DNA of 60,887 bases from Candidatus Limnocylindrales bacterium (GTDB taxonomy: Bacteria; Chloroflexota; Limnocylindria; QHBO01): contig DATLGA010000095.1 of assembly GCA_035540715.1 (NCBI GenBank), positions 1 through 60,887 on the forward strand, read 5' to 3'. Below, one piece after another: positions 27,039 to 37,169 of this stretch; positions within the stretch are counted from its first letter, which is position 1; every line of letters begins with the position of its first letter. The position numbers and the translations under genes were made by a program. The notes under the pieces were generated by a model. It saw nothing but the letters and a program-made list of their open reading frames with translations, was not told the DNA's origin and did not search any database.

Positions 27039-27611
27039 ATGCCGTTGCCCCGTGCGCCGATGCGCCTCATGCGAATCGTCGGCGTCTCGATCCTCGTCGC
27101 CGGCCTGGCTGCCTGCGGCCCGGTCACGCGGCTCGAGTCGCCCGACCCCGCCGCCGTCCCCACCGGACCGATCGAGGCGCGGGGCGCCGGTGCGACCGGA
27201 CCGATCGTCGAGCTCGGCAGTGGCGAGGCGCTCGGGACCGCATGGCGCTATGCGATCTACCCCAGCGAAGACGGCTGGTGCACGCAGCTCGAGACCGCCG
27301 ATCTGACGAGCACCGGGTGCGGCGAGATCCTTCCCGAGGGTGACGACGCGTTCGGTGGCGTGGTCCGCGGCGGCGGCGATGGGACGCAGTTGAGCGTCGT
27401 CGAGGGGCTCGTCAGCGACGAGACGGCGACCGTGTGGCTCATCGCCGACGGCGGCACGGGCCGCCGCATCCCCGCCATGCTCATGCCGCTCGACGAGGCG
27501 GGCCTCGACGCGCAGGCATTCCTCGGCTTCGCGCCCGCGGACATGAACGTCACGCACGTCATGGCGGTGGCCTGGAACGGTCGCGTCCTCCAGACCTACG
27601 AGCTCCCGTGA
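27039..27611 (+). CDS. hypothetical lipoprotein
   Basis: Signal and lipobox ..VSILVAGLAAC. No recognisable domain. Confidence 0.55.
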   Translation: MPLPRAPMRLMRIVGVSILVAGLAACGPVTRLESPDPAAVPTGPIEARGAGATGPIVELGSGEALGTAWRYAIYPSEDGWCTQLETADLTSTGCGEILPEGDDAFGGVVRGGGDGTQLSVVEGLVSDETATVWLIADGGTGRRIPAMLMPLDEAGLDAQAFLGFAPADMNVTHVMAVAWNGRVLQTYELP

Positions 27612-28495
27612 CGGCGGAGGCCGCACCGCGGATCGTCTCGCTTCTCCCGTCGGCGACGGAGATCGTCTATGCGCTGGGCCTCGAGGACCGGCTCGAGGGC
27701 GTGACCGACGAGTGCGACTGGCCGCCGGCCGCGCGCACGAAGCGATCGGTGGTGCGGGCGCTGCAGCCGGCCGGCCTGTCCGCCGCGGAAGTCGACGCAT
27801 GGGTTCGAGAGCAGGCGCCGTCCGGCGGGCTCTATGCCCTCGATGAGACGGCGATGGCGGCGATCGCGCCGGACCTCGTCCTGACCCAGGACCTGTGCCG
27901 CGTCTGTGCGGTGCCGACCGGCGATGTCGATGCCGCGCTCGAGCGAGCCGGCTGCCCTTCACGCGTGGTGACCCTCGAGCCCCAGCGCCTCGACGAGGTG
28001 ATCGCCAGCGTCGCCACGGTGGCCGATGCGGCCGGCGTGCCGCTCCGCGGTCGGGAGGTCGTCGCCGCGCTTCGCGCCCGCCTCGCGGTCGTCCGTGAGG
28101 CCGTCTCGGCCTTCGAGCCGGTCCCGACGCTCGTGCTGGAGTGGCTCGATCCGCCCTACACGGCGGGCCACTGGGTGCCCGACGTGGTCACCGCCGCCGG
28201 CGGCATCCCGCTGCTCGGTGAGGCGGGCGGGCGATCGCGAGAAGCCACCTGGGACGAGGTCCGCGCCACGCGTCCCGAGGTCACCGTCCTGGCGCCGTGC
28301 GGTCTCTCGCCGGAACGAGCGTGGGAGCAGGCGGCATCACTGCCCGACGGCGTGCTGACCGACCGGACCGTCGCGATGGACCTCGCCCGGCCCGGACCGA
28401 GGCTCGTCGACTGCGTCGAGGCGCTCGCCGCGGTCCTGCATCCGGCTGCCGGCCTCGTGCACCGCCCCGACCTGGCCGCGGAGCCGCCCGCCTGA
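27608..28495 (+). CDS. BtuF/FhuD-like (Peripla_BP_2) cobalamin/siderophore-binding fold protein without a signal peptide
   Basis: GTG 27608 overlaps the upstream stop as GTGA. ..RIVSLLPSATEIVYALGLEDRLEGVTDECDWP.. is typical of BtuF-like proteins. The N-terminus has no hydrophobic leader. Confidence 0.7.
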   Translation: MTAEAAPRIVSLLPSATEIVYALGLEDRLEGVTDECDWPPAARTKRSVVRALQPAGLSAAEVDAWVREQAPSGGLYALDETAMAAIAPDLVLTQDLCRVCAVPTGDVDAALERAGCPSRVVTLEPQRLDEVIASVATVADAAGVPLRGREVVAALRARLAVVREAVSAFEPVPTLVLEWLDPPYTAGHWVPDVVTAAGGIPLLGEAGGRSREATWDEVRATRPEVTVLAPCGLSPERAWEQAASLPDGVLTDRTVAMDLARPGPRLVDCVEALAAVLHPAAGLVHRPDLAAEPPA

Positions 28496-28501
28496 GCGGC
28501 T

Positions 28502-28963
28502 TCAGTCGTCGGCGGTGAGCCGGTGGCGCCGATGCCATGCGTCGATCGACTCACGCGTGTTGCGCTCGGTCGAGTAGTCGTCCGGGCTCGACGGCGGCCG
28601 CGCCCAGGCCGGCGCCTCCGCAGTGAAGACGTGGACGCGCTCCGGCGGCTCGGGCAGCGGCGTGTCGACCGACGACGCGAAGGGGTAGACGAAGTCGGGA
28701 GCCGCGTCGATGGTGAGGTAGATCGCGCTTCCGCAGCGTGAGCAGAAGCGCGTGCGGGTCGTGTCGGGAGCCGCGTACTCGGTCAGCGCATCGGCGCCCT
28801 CGACCTCGAGCGAGGAGGCCTGCGCGAGCAGGTTGGCGGCCGCGCCGGTGCCTCCGGCCGTCTTGCGGCAGCGCGCGCAATAGCAGCGCCGGTAGGGATA
28901 CGGCGTGCGCGTCTCGGCGGTGAAGCGGACCGCCCCGCAGAAGCAGGAGCCGGCGAGCTGCAT
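28502..28963 (-). CDS. GFA (CENP-V / glutathione-dependent formaldehyde-activating) family protein
   Basis: MQLAGSCFCGAVRF......RCYCARCRK.....FCSRCGS Cys pattern. Confidence 0.75.
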   Translation of the reverse strand: MQLAGSCFCGAVRFTAETRTPYPYRRCYCARCRKTAGGTGAAANLLAQASSLEVEGADALTEYAAPDTTRTRFCSRCGSAIYLTIDAAPDFVYPFASSVDTPLPEPPERVHVFTAEAPAWARPPSSPDDYSTERNTRESIDAWHRRHRLTADD

Positions 28964-29057
28964 GAACCGATGCTAGCTTCCGGCGGCGCAGCGCGGGAAT
29001 GCGCCAGGTACCGACCAAGCGCAAGCTCGACGCGCACCCGGTAGCATTCGTCATTAC

Positions 29058-32018
29058 ATGTCCAGCTGGTTCGACAAGCTTCTCGAGGACCTCCAGCGCC
29101 GGCAGGAAGAGGCCGACGCGCGACGGGAGGGCCGTCCCTTCGACCGCAGCGAGCGCAACGTGACGCCGATCGACGAGCGTCGCGGGCGTCGCGGCGGCAA
29201 CGGGGCGGACGGCGGCGGCGGCCGCGGCGCCAGCGGTGGGGACGGTCCGGTCGCCGACCTCCCGTGGCGCCGCTGGCTCTTCATCGGCGGCGGCCTGCTC
29301 GCCGTCCTCTTCCTGCTCGGCTTCGTCGGCAGCATCGTGAATCTCGTGACCGACATCATGTGGTACGAGGCGCTCGAGCGCCGCGAGGTCCTCATGACCC
29401 GGCTCTGGGCGCAGGTGGCGCTGTTCGGCATCGGCTTCGTGGCGATGCTGATCCCGGCCCTCGCCAGCACGTGGATCGCCCGGCGCATCGCGCCGCAGGC
29501 CCCGGTGCGACAGCTCGGTGGCATCGAGCTGCCCGACGCGTCGCGGATCATCGGCATCGCCCTGGGGGTGGTGGCCGTGCTGCTGGCGCTCGGGTCCGGC
29601 GCAGCGTGGAGCGGCGCGTGGGAGACGGTGCTCCTGTTCCTGAACGGCAGCGAATGGGGCGTGGCCGACCCGACGCTCGGACGTGACGTCGGCTTCTACG
29701 TCTTCGACCTGCCGTTCTGGCGCTTCGTGCTCGGTTGGGGATCGACCACCCTGATCGTCGTCGGCCTGTTGACCCTGGCGACCTACGCGGCGCGCGCGCT
29801 GCAGTGGCAGTTCCGCCTGACCGCGCCGGTGCGGGCGCACCTGTCGGTCATCGGCGCCCTGCTGCTCGGCGTCATCGCCGCCGGCTACCAGCTCGACATC
29901 GCCGAGCTCGCGTACTCGACGCGCGGCGTCGGCGGATCGGTCCAGATGGCGAGCTACACCGACATGAACGCGCAGTACCCGGCGTACATGATCCTGACCG
30001 GGGTCGCGATCATCTCGGCGGTCCTGCTGCTGCTCAACACGTTCTTCCGCACGCTGTGGCTTCTGGCTCTGGCGGTCGGTGCGTGGCTCGTCCTCTCGAT
30101 CGTCGTCGGCGCGATGTACCCCGGGTTCGTGCAGCGCTTCCAGGTGGAGCCGAACGAGCTCAACGTCGAGCGGCCCTATCTGCGCAACCACCTCGAGGCG
30201 ACCCGCTCCGCCTTCGGCCTCGACGAGATCGAGCAGCGGCGCTTCACGGGCCAGCAGCCACTGACGCGCGAGGTGTTCGAAGGGGACCCGGGCACGATCA
30301 ACAACCTGCGCCTGTGGGACTACCGTCCGCTGCTGACGACCTTCGGGCAGCAGCAGATCCTGCGGCAGTACTACCGCTTCAACGACGTCGACATCGATCG
30401 CTACGAGATCGACGGCGACCTGCGCCAGATCATGCTCTCGGGCCGCGAGCTCGACGTGGAGCGTCTGCCCGGTGCCGCTCGAACCTGGACGAACGAGCGT
30501 CTCGTCTTCACGCATGGCTACGGCATCACGGCGGTGCCGGTCGATGCGGTGACGCCGCAGGGGCAGCCCGACTACCTCGTCAGCGGGCTCAACCCGGAGC
30601 CGCGGCTGCCGGTGGGGGAGCCGCGGATCTACTTCGGCGAGCGGACCGACACGTACGTCGTCACGAGCACGGACACCGCCGAGTTCGACTACCCCCTCGA
30701 CGACCGCGAGACGGATGCGACCACCCGCTGGCAGGGCGACACCGGCGTGGGCATCGGCAACCCGCTCGTTCGCGCGCTGTTCGCGCTCCGGTTCGGCGAC
30801 CTGAACCTCCTCATCAGCAACCAGCTCACCGGCGACTCGGAGATCCTGTTCAACCGCTCGATCTACGAGCGCGTGCCGCAGATCGCCCCCTTCCTCTTCT
30901 ACGACGCCGACCCGTACCTCGTCAGCGACGGTGAGCGGCTGGTGTGGATCTGGGATGCCTACACCGCTTCGTCGCGCTACCCGAACGCCCAGCCGCTCGA
31001 CGAGGGCCGATTCCGCGGCGCGAACTACGTGCGCAACAGCGTCAAGGTCGTCATCGACGCCTACAACGGCGACGTCGACTTCTACGTCGCCGATCCCGAG
31101 GACCCGATCATCGCCGCGTACGCGCGCATCTTTCCGACCCTGTTCCAGCCGCTCGACGAGCTCGCGCCGCAGCTCGAGGCGCACCTTCGCTACCCCGAGG
31201 ACCTGTTCACGGTCCAGAACCTGATGACCCGGGTCTACCATCTGCCGGCCACCGAGCAGGGAGCCACGGTCCTCTACAACCAGGAGGATCGCTGGGCGAT
31301 TCCCGAGGACGTGTCGGCCGGTCAGCCGCAGCCGATGGAGCCCTACTACGTGATCATGCGCATCCCGGGCGAGGAGGCCGAGGAGTTCGTCCTCATCCAG
31401 CCCATGGTGGCCGAGAACCGGCCGAACATGATCGCGTGGTCGGCGGCGCGCATGGACCCGGGCGTGTATGGCGAACGGTTCCTGTTCCGCTTCCCATCCG
31501 ACACCACCACCCTCGGACCGGCGCAGGTCGAGGCCCGGATCGACCAGGACGACGTGATCTCGGCGCAGTTCGCGCTGTGGGAGCGCTCGAACTCGCGAGT
31601 CATCCGCGGCAACCTGCTGGTGCTGCCCATCGGTGACGACGGGCTGATCTACATCGAGCCGATCTTCCTCCAGGCCGAGGGAGCGCCGTTCCCCGAGTTC
31701 GTCCGCGTGATCATGGTCAGCCAGGAGCGGGTTGCCTTCGCGCGGGATGTCGAGGAGGGGTTGGCCCAGCTCCTCGGTGAGGCCGAGGCGCCTCCGCCCG
31801 AGGAGCCCGAGGAGCCGCCGGAGCCGGGTGAGACGCCGGAGCCGGGTGAGACGCCGGCTCCGCTGCCCGACGACGTGGCCGGCCTCGTCGCCGAAGCGCA
31901 ACGCCTCTACGACCAGGCCCAGGCGGCGCTGCGTGCGGGCGATCTCGGGACCTACCAGGACCGGATCGACGAGCTGGCCGAGGTGCTCGACGCCCTGGCG
32001 GAGCGGACGGGCGACTAG
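29058..32018 (+). CDS. UPF0182-family large polytopic membrane protein
   Basis: 986 aa. N-terminal ~7 TM segments followed by a large soluble region. ..YEIDG......GRELD...LP......WTNERLVFTHGYGITAVP.. blocks are typical of UPF0182/COG1615. Confidence 0.8.
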   Translation: MSSWFDKLLEDLQRRQEEADARREGRPFDRSERNVTPIDERRGRRGGNGADGGGGRGASGGDGPVADLPWRRWLFIGGGLLAVLFLLGFVGSIVNLVTDIMWYEALERREVLMTRLWAQVALFGIGFVAMLIPALASTWIARRIAPQAPVRQLGGIELPDASRIIGIALGVVAVLLALGSGAAWSGAWETVLLFLNGSEWGVADPTLGRDVGFYVFDLPFWRFVLGWGSTTLIVVGLLTLATYAARALQWQFRLTAPVRAHLSVIGALLLGVIAAGYQLDIAELAYSTRGVGGSVQMASYTDMNAQYPAYMILTGVAIISAVLLLLNTFFRTLWLLALAVGAWLVLSIVVGAMYPGFVQRFQVEPNELNVERPYLRNHLEATRSAFGLDEIEQRRFTGQQPLTREVFEGDPGTINNLRLWDYRPLLTTFGQQQILRQYYRFNDVDIDRYEIDGDLRQIMLSGRELDVERLPGAARTWTNERLVFTHGYGITAVPVDAVTPQGQPDYLVSGLNPEPRLPVGEPRIYFGERTDTYVVTSTDTAEFDYPLDDRETDATTRWQGDTGVGIGNPLVRALFALRFGDLNLLISNQLTGDSEILFNRSIYERVPQIAPFLFYDADPYLVSDGERLVWIWDAYTASSRYPNAQPLDEGRFRGANYVRNSVKVVIDAYNGDVDFYVADPEDPIIAAYARIFPTLFQPLDELAPQLEAHLRYPEDLFTVQNLMTRVYHLPATEQGATVLYNQEDRWAIPEDVSAGQPQPMEPYYVIMRIPGEEAEEFVLIQPMVAENRPNMIAWSAARMDPGVYGERFLFRFPSDTTTLGPAQVEARIDQDDVISAQFALWERSNSRVIRGNLLVLPIGDDGLIYIEPIFLQAEGAPFPEFVRVIMVSQERVAFARDVEEGLAQLLGEAEAPPPEEPEEPPEPGETPEPGETPAPLPDDVAGLVAEAQRLYDQAQAALRAGDLGTYQDRIDELAEVLDALAERTGD

Positions 32019-32030
32019 GGCGGCCACAAC

Positions 32031-32064
32031 GTGCGCCCCACCGGCCGGAGCCGGTGGGGCGCAC
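32031..32064. terminator. bidirectional hairpin terminator between convergent genes
   Basis: gtgcgccccaccggc-cgga-gccggtggggcgcac, a perfect 15-bp stem. Confidence 0.7.
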
Positions 32065-32090
32065 GGGGTGGAGGCGTCGTTCGTCGCCGG

Positions 32091-33854
32091 CTAGTTCTTG
32101 TCGTACGTGGCGAACCTGCCGGCGTAGTCGGTCGGTCCGTTGATGCGGCCGTAGACGGCCACCGTCCAGGTGCCCGGCTGCGGGTTCGTGACCAGCAGCG
32201 CCCGGTGATTGACCTCGCCGATGTCCAGCAGGCCCGCCGACTCGCCGGCCACCTCGCAGTTCGGGTCATAGAGCCGGAGGTAGAGCAGGTTCGCCGCGAG
32301 GTCCCAGTCGATCTCGGTGTAGATCGCATCGGTGCCGGACGTGACCGTGAACTCGTGATGGTTCAGGATGCCGAGGGTGTCCGGGCACTCGGCCAGCGCC
32401 CACGTGTTGGCGAGGACGACCGTACCCGAGAAGCCGGCCTCGGAGGTCATCGTGAAGCTCGGAGTCCGTCCGCCCGTCGAGGGCGGGAAGCGTACCTTGC
32501 CCTTCTCGGCGGCGCGCACCGCCTCCCAGGCGTTCAGGTGCCCCATCCCGACCTCGAAGATCTCGTAGGCGGGCATCGAGTCGGCCGTGCCCTCGAGGAT
32601 CGTGATGACGTGCTCCGGGCGCAGCGTCTCCCGCGCGTCCAGCATCAGCGCGATCGCGCCGGCCACGTGCGGCGTCGCCATGCTCGTCCCGGAGGCGTAG
32701 GTATAGAACGGGTTCTCCGGATCGGTGCCGGTCGCCATGAGCGTCGCCTGGGCGCTCTTCGCGGCGTTGATGTCGACGCCGGGAGCGGTGACCGTGGGCC
32801 GATAGAGACCGGTCCCCGTCGCCTGGGCGTGGGCGCGATCCCAGTTGTCGTCGATCCGGCCGCGGCTGCTGAAGTCGGCCAGGTTCAGCTGCTTGTCCGA
32901 CGCGGCCACGCTGATCACCCACGGAGAGGTGGCGTACTGGTTGAGCGTGTTCGGCCCGCCCGAGTTCGAGGCCGCGAACGCGACCGAGACTCCGGCGTCG
33001 TACAGCATCTTCGTCGCGACGTTCACCGGGTTGTCCGGCTGGTAGTCGGTGCCGTCGCCTGAGCCCCAGCTGTTGCTGCTGACGCGGATGTTCGCCTGGG
33101 GGTTGACGAGGATCCAGTCGAAGACGCGCAGCGCCCAGCTGTTCAGCAGGAAGGCGCCGGCATCGGTCTTGAAGCTGTGCACGGTCGCGCCCGGTGCGAC
33201 GCCGACATACCGGCCGCCGCTCGCGGCGCCCGAACCGGCGATGGTGGAGCTCACATGGGTTCCATGCCCATAGGTGTCGACCGTCGGACCGGGCACGATC
33301 ACGACGCCGTCCTTGTTCAACGGATCTCCGAGAACGTTGTAGGTAACCACTCCCGCCATGTCGGGATGCGCCGAGTCGGCACCGGTGTCGATGACGGCCA
33401 CGCCGATGCCGGCCCCGGTATACGGCGTCCGCAGCCGGTCACCGGCGGCGACGCGGTCCGCCCCGATGAGCGCGACGCTCTCGTCGAGGATGAATTCGTT
33501 GCGCGTGTCCTCCCACAGGCTCCGTGTTTCGGGCCAGGCGGCGATCTCGCGCACCTGGGCCGGCGTGAGGGCCGCGACCGCCATCGGCAGCGCGGCATAG
33601 CGGCTGCCGCCGACGCCGAGCGCATCGAGGCGGCCGAATCCGGAGCGGTCGTGGAAGGTGACGATCGTCGTGAACGTTGCCCCGTCGTCAGCCGACGCCA
33701 GCCAGGACGTGAGCGCCGGGGAGAGGATGGCCTGCGGGGCCGCTTCCGCCGTGCGCGGCGCGCCCGTGAAGAGGGCGGTCAGCGCGAGGATCGCCGCCAG
33801 GACGATCACGAGCGGGAGTCGGGCGTGCCGCAGGGCGAGGGCCTGCGAAGCCAT
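32091..33854 (-). CDS. secreted S8 (subtilisin-like) serine peptidase
   Basis: Signal peptide, then the catalytic triad contexts VAVIDTGAD, HGTHVSSTIAG and GTSMATPHVAG. The C-terminal ~110 aa form a beta-rich (PPC-like) domain. Confidence 0.9.
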   Translation of the reverse strand: MASQALALRHARLPLVIVLAAILALTALFTGAPRTAEAAPQAILSPALTSWLASADDGATFTTIVTFHDRSGFGRLDALGVGGSRYAALPMAVAALTPAQVREIAAWPETRSLWEDTRNEFILDESVALIGADRVAAGDRLRTPYTGAGIGVAVIDTGADSAHPDMAGVVTYNVLGDPLNKDGVVIVPGPTVDTYGHGTHVSSTIAGSGAASGGRYVGVAPGATVHSFKTDAGAFLLNSWALRVFDWILVNPQANIRVSSNSWGSGDGTDYQPDNPVNVATKMLYDAGVSVAFAASNSGGPNTLNQYATSPWVISVAASDKQLNLADFSSRGRIDDNWDRAHAQATGTGLYRPTVTAPGVDINAAKSAQATLMATGTDPENPFYTYASGTSMATPHVAGAIALMLDARETLRPEHVITILEGTADSMPAYEIFEVGMGHLNAWEAVRAAEKGKVRFPPSTGGRTPSFTMTSEAGFSGTVVLANTWALAECPDTLGILNHHEFTVTSGTDAIYTEIDWDLAANLLYLRLYDPNCEVAGESAGLLDIGEVNHRALLVTNPQPGTWTVAVYGRINGPTDYAGRFATYDKN

Positions 33855-34015
33855 TGGGTCCGTTCTCCTGTGCCTCGTTACCGCTGCTCGGGCTCGTGCT
33901 CGGGGCTCGGGGCTCGGGGCTCGGACGTGCTCACAGCGGCTAGCAGATTGCGTGCCCGGTGCGCGGCCCGAACCCCCGTCGGTGCGCGGAGGGCAGGAGC
34001 CCTAGACTGGCCGGC

Positions 34016-35302
34016 ATGGATGTGCTGGTGCTCGGCGGCGGCGGGCGCGAGCACGCGCTCGCGTGGCGGCTCACGCACGACGAGGGCGTGCGTCGGGTCC
34101 GAATCGCACCGGGAAACGGTGGCACCGCGGCGGTCGCCGAGGCGGTCGAGGTGGACGCGCTGGATCCGCTCGCGGTCGCCCGGCATGCCGTCCGCGAGCG
34201 GTACGAGCTCGTCGTCATCGGGCCGGAGGCGCCGCTCGCCGCCGGAGTCGCCGACGAGGTGGCCGCCGCCCGCATCCCGGTCTTCGGGCCGACCCGCGCC
34301 GCGGCACGTCTCGAGTCGAGCAAGGCATTCGCGAAGCGCCAGCTGGAGCGGGCCGGCGTCCCGACGGCCGCATCGGCGACGTTCACCGATCCCGACACGG
34401 CGGTCGCGCACGTCCGTGCCTCCGAGCGGCCCCCGGTGGTCAAGGCCGACTGGCTCGCGGCGGGGAAGGGCGTCGTCGTCCCCGAGACGCACGACGAGGC
34501 CGAGGCCGCGATCCGTGCGCTCTTCGAATCGGTGAACGGCGCCGCACGCGTCGTGGTCGAGGAGCGGCTCGCCGGCCCGGAGGTCAGCGCGTTCGCCCTC
34601 GTCAGCGACGAAGCGGTCGTGCCACTGGCCGCGGCGTGCGACTACAAGCGGCTCCGCGACGGCGACGAGGGACCGAACACCGGTGGTATGGGCGCGTACT
34701 CGCCCGTCCCGTGGTTCGGTGCCCGCGCGCTCGAGCGTGCGACGGCCGACGTCTTCGAGCCGATCGCCTGGCGGATGGCGCGCGACGGCGTTCCGTATCG
34801 CGGCGTGCTCTACGCCGGGCTCATGCTGACCGAGCTCGGTCCGATGGTGCTCGAGTTCAATGCGCGCTTCGGCGATCCCGAGGCGCAGGTGCTGCTGCCG
34901 ATGCTCGACGGCGAGCTCTCCGCGGCGCTGCTCGGGGTCGCGGTCGGCGACCGTCATCTCATGGAGACCTCGCTCGGGACGCGGGCCGGCGCCGCGGTCG
35001 GTGTCGTGGTCGCGGCCGAGGGCTATCCCGACGCCCCGGTGACTGGGCGGCTCATCGGAGGGGCGGAGCCGTCGTCCGCCGGTGAGGACGGCGAACGGCT
35101 CTGCTTCCACGGTGCCACCCGCTGGACGATGGGCGGATACGAGACGGACGGCGGACGGGTCGTCACGATGGTCGGCCGTGGAGCCGACCTCGCCGCGGCG
35201 CGCCAGACCGCGTACGCGGCGGTCGCGGACGTCGAGCTCGACGGTGCACATCACCGGACCGACGTCGCGCTTCGAGAGATCGGCGCCGGGCGAGGCGAGT
35301 AG
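34016..35302 (+). CDS. purD: phosphoribosylamine-glycine ligase
   Basis: Start moved to ATG 34016 (MDVLVLGGGGREHALAWRL). 428 aa. Confidence 0.93.
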   Translation: MDVLVLGGGGREHALAWRLTHDEGVRRVRIAPGNGGTAAVAEAVEVDALDPLAVARHAVRERYELVVIGPEAPLAAGVADEVAAARIPVFGPTRAAARLESSKAFAKRQLERAGVPTAASATFTDPDTAVAHVRASERPPVVKADWLAAGKGVVVPETHDEAEAAIRALFESVNGAARVVVEERLAGPEVSAFALVSDEAVVPLAAACDYKRLRDGDEGPNTGGMGAYSPVPWFGARALERATADVFEPIAWRMARDGVPYRGVLYAGLMLTELGPMVLEFNARFGDPEAQVLLPMLDGELSAALLGVAVGDRHLMETSLGTRAGAAVGVVVAAEGYPDAPVTGRLIGGAEPSSAGEDGERLCFHGATRWTMGGYETDGGRVVTMVGRGADLAAARQTAYAAVADVELDGAHHRTDVALREIGAGRGE

Positions 35303-35359
35303 CGGCCCTCCGGTACGACCGCGCAGCGGCCGTCGACGGGACGCTATCCTGTGTCGGCG

Positions 35360-35845
35360 ATGCCCACCGTCGCCGTCCTGTGCGGCTCCCGTTCGGACCT
35401 CCCCAGCCTGAAGGGATGCTTCGACGTGCTCGACTCGTACGGCATCAGCTGGGAGGCTTCGGTCATCAGCGCACACCGCCAGGCCGATGCGCTCCATGCG
35501 TACGTCGACGAGGCGGAAGAAGCGGGCGTCCAGCTGTTCATCGGTGCTGCCGGCCTTGCCGCCCACCTGCCGGGGGTTCTCGCCAGCCTGACGGCCAAGC
35601 CGGTGATCGGGATCCCGCTGGACGGCGGGCAACTCGGCGGGGCCGATGCGCTGTACGCCGTCGTGCAGATGCCGCCGGGCGTCCCGGTGGCCACCGTGGC
35701 GATCGGCAGCGCCGGCGCCAAGAACGCCGCGCATCTCGCCGCCCGGATCCTGGCCCTGTCGGACCAGGCGGTGGCGCAGCGAGTCGCGGCGTTCCGGGAC
35801 GACCAGGCAGGCAGGGCCGAGCTCCGGGTCGACCCGCGCGCCTAG
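35360..35845 (+). CDS. purE: 5-(carboxyamino)imidazole ribonucleotide mutase
   Basis: [15 protein letters not shown]......ISAHR......[20 protein letters not shown] 35351 is an alternative start. Confidence 0.92.
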   Translation: MPTVAVLCGSRSDLPSLKGCFDVLDSYGISWEASVISAHRQADALHAYVDEAEEAGVQLFIGAAGLAAHLPGVLASLTAKPVIGIPLDGGQLGGADALYAVVQMPPGVPVATVAIGSAGAKNAAHLAARILALSDQAVAQRVAAFRDDQAGRAELRVDPRA

Positions 35846-35848
35846 TCG

Positions 35849-37156
35849 ATGATCGATCGGTACGCGCTTCCCGAGCTCCGCGAGCTCTTCGGGGAGCGCC
35901 ACAAGCTCGACCTCTGGCTGCGGATCGAGCTCCTGGCGGTGGAGGCGCTGCGCGACGCCGGCGTCGTCCCGGAGGGTGACTGGGCCCGGATCGAGGCCGC
36001 GGCCGGCGAGGTCGATGCCGAGCGGGCCAGGGAGATCGAGCGCGAGTCGCACCACGACGTCATCGCCTTCCTGCGCTCCGTGACCGAGCGTCTCGGTCCC
36101 GAGGGCCGCTGGCTCCACTACGGCCTGACGAGCTCCGACGTCCTCGACACCGCGACCGCTGTCGTGCTTCGCGACGCGACCGCCGTCGTCGAGCGCGAGC
36201 TCGAGCGCCTGACCGAGGTGGTGCGCCGCCTGGCGCTCCAGTACCGAGAGACGCCGATGGTCGGCCGGAGCCACGGGATCCACGCCGAGCCGATCACGTT
36301 CGGCTTCAAGGCCGCCGGCTGGTTCGCCGAGCTCGGGCGGGATGCGGAGCGGCTCGCCAGGGCACGCGAGTCGGTCGCGGTCGGTTCTGTATCTGGCGCC
36401 GTCGGCACGCATGCCAACGTGAGCGCGGACGTCGAGCGGCACGTCCTCGACGGCCTCGGGCTGAACGTCGATCCGGCGCCGACCCAGGTCGTCAGCCGCG
36501 ATCGCCACGCGGAGCTCCTCACCACCCTGGCGATCCTCGGTGGCACGCTCGAGCGGGTCGCCGTCGAGATCCGTCATCTCCAGCGGACCGAGGTCGGCGA
36601 GGCGTTCGAGCCGTTCGCGTCGGGCCAGCAGGGGTCGAGCGCGATGCCCCACAAGCGCAACCCGATCCTGGCCGAGCGGATCAGCGGGATGGCACGCCTC
36701 CTTCGGGCCGATGCGCTCGTGGCGCTCGAGAACATGGCGCTCTGGCACGAGCGCGACATCAGCCACAGCTCGGCCGAGCGGTTCGTCTTCGAGCGCGCGC
36801 TCGGCGTGGCCGCCTACGCCACGCGGACGCTGGCCGATCTCCTCGACGGGCTCGAGGTCGACGGCGATCGCATGCGAGCGAACCTCGACCAGCTCGGTGG
36901 AATGGTCTACTCCGAGGCCCTGCTCCTCGCGATGGTGGCCAAGGGCGCCGAGCGGCAGCAGGCGTATCGAATCGTCCAGTCCGCCGCGAAGCGGGCCTGG
37001 GCGGGGGAGGTCACCTTCCGCGAGGCGCTCGCCGCGGATCCCGCTGTGGGCGAGTGGCTGACCGCCGACGAGATCGGCCGCGCGATGGACCTGCGACACC
37101 ATCTCGCCGGGATCGCGACGACCTACGACGCGCTCGGCCTCGACGCCGGCGGCTGA
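35849..37156 (+). CDS. purB: adenylosuccinate lyase
   Basis: [14 protein letters not shown].. and the fumarate-lyase signature ..[11 protein letters not shown]... 435 aa. Confidence 0.93.
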   Translation: MIDRYALPELRELFGERHKLDLWLRIELLAVEALRDAGVVPEGDWARIEAAAGEVDAERAREIERESHHDVIAFLRSVTERLGPEGRWLHYGLTSSDVLDTATAVVLRDATAVVERELERLTEVVRRLALQYRETPMVGRSHGIHAEPITFGFKAAGWFAELGRDAERLARARESVAVGSVSGAVGTHANVSADVERHVLDGLGLNVDPAPTQVVSRDRHAELLTTLAILGGTLERVAVEIRHLQRTEVGEAFEPFASGQQGSSAMPHKRNPILAERISGMARLLRADALVALENMALWHERDISHSSAERFVFERALGVAAYATRTLADLLDGLEVDGDRMRANLDQLGGMVYSEALLLAMVAKGAERQQAYRIVQSAAKRAWAGEVTFREALAADPAVGEWLTADEIGRAMDLRHHLAGIATTYDALGLDAGG

Positions 37157-37169
37157 CCTGCGCGGGCCG

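Noticed and set aside
31821-31856. Perfect 18-bp tandem duplication gagccgggtgagacgccg x2.
   Set aside because: It lies inside the UPF0182 coding region and simply encodes a PEPGET-PEPGET low-complexity linker. It is not a regulatory or CRISPR-like repeat.
28551-32027. 1158-aa ORF on the minus strand. Similar giant antisense ORFs occur at 33878..37102, 47631..50300, 42435..44642, 3135..5282, 15454..17124 and 21284..22546.
   Set aside because: Each lies exactly antisense to a well-supported gene (UPF0182, purD-E-B, purF-M, purL, the ABC genes, purA, guaB3). The translations are Arg/Ala/Pro/Gly-rich low-complexity strings with no motifs. Open antisense frames are expected at about 70% GC.
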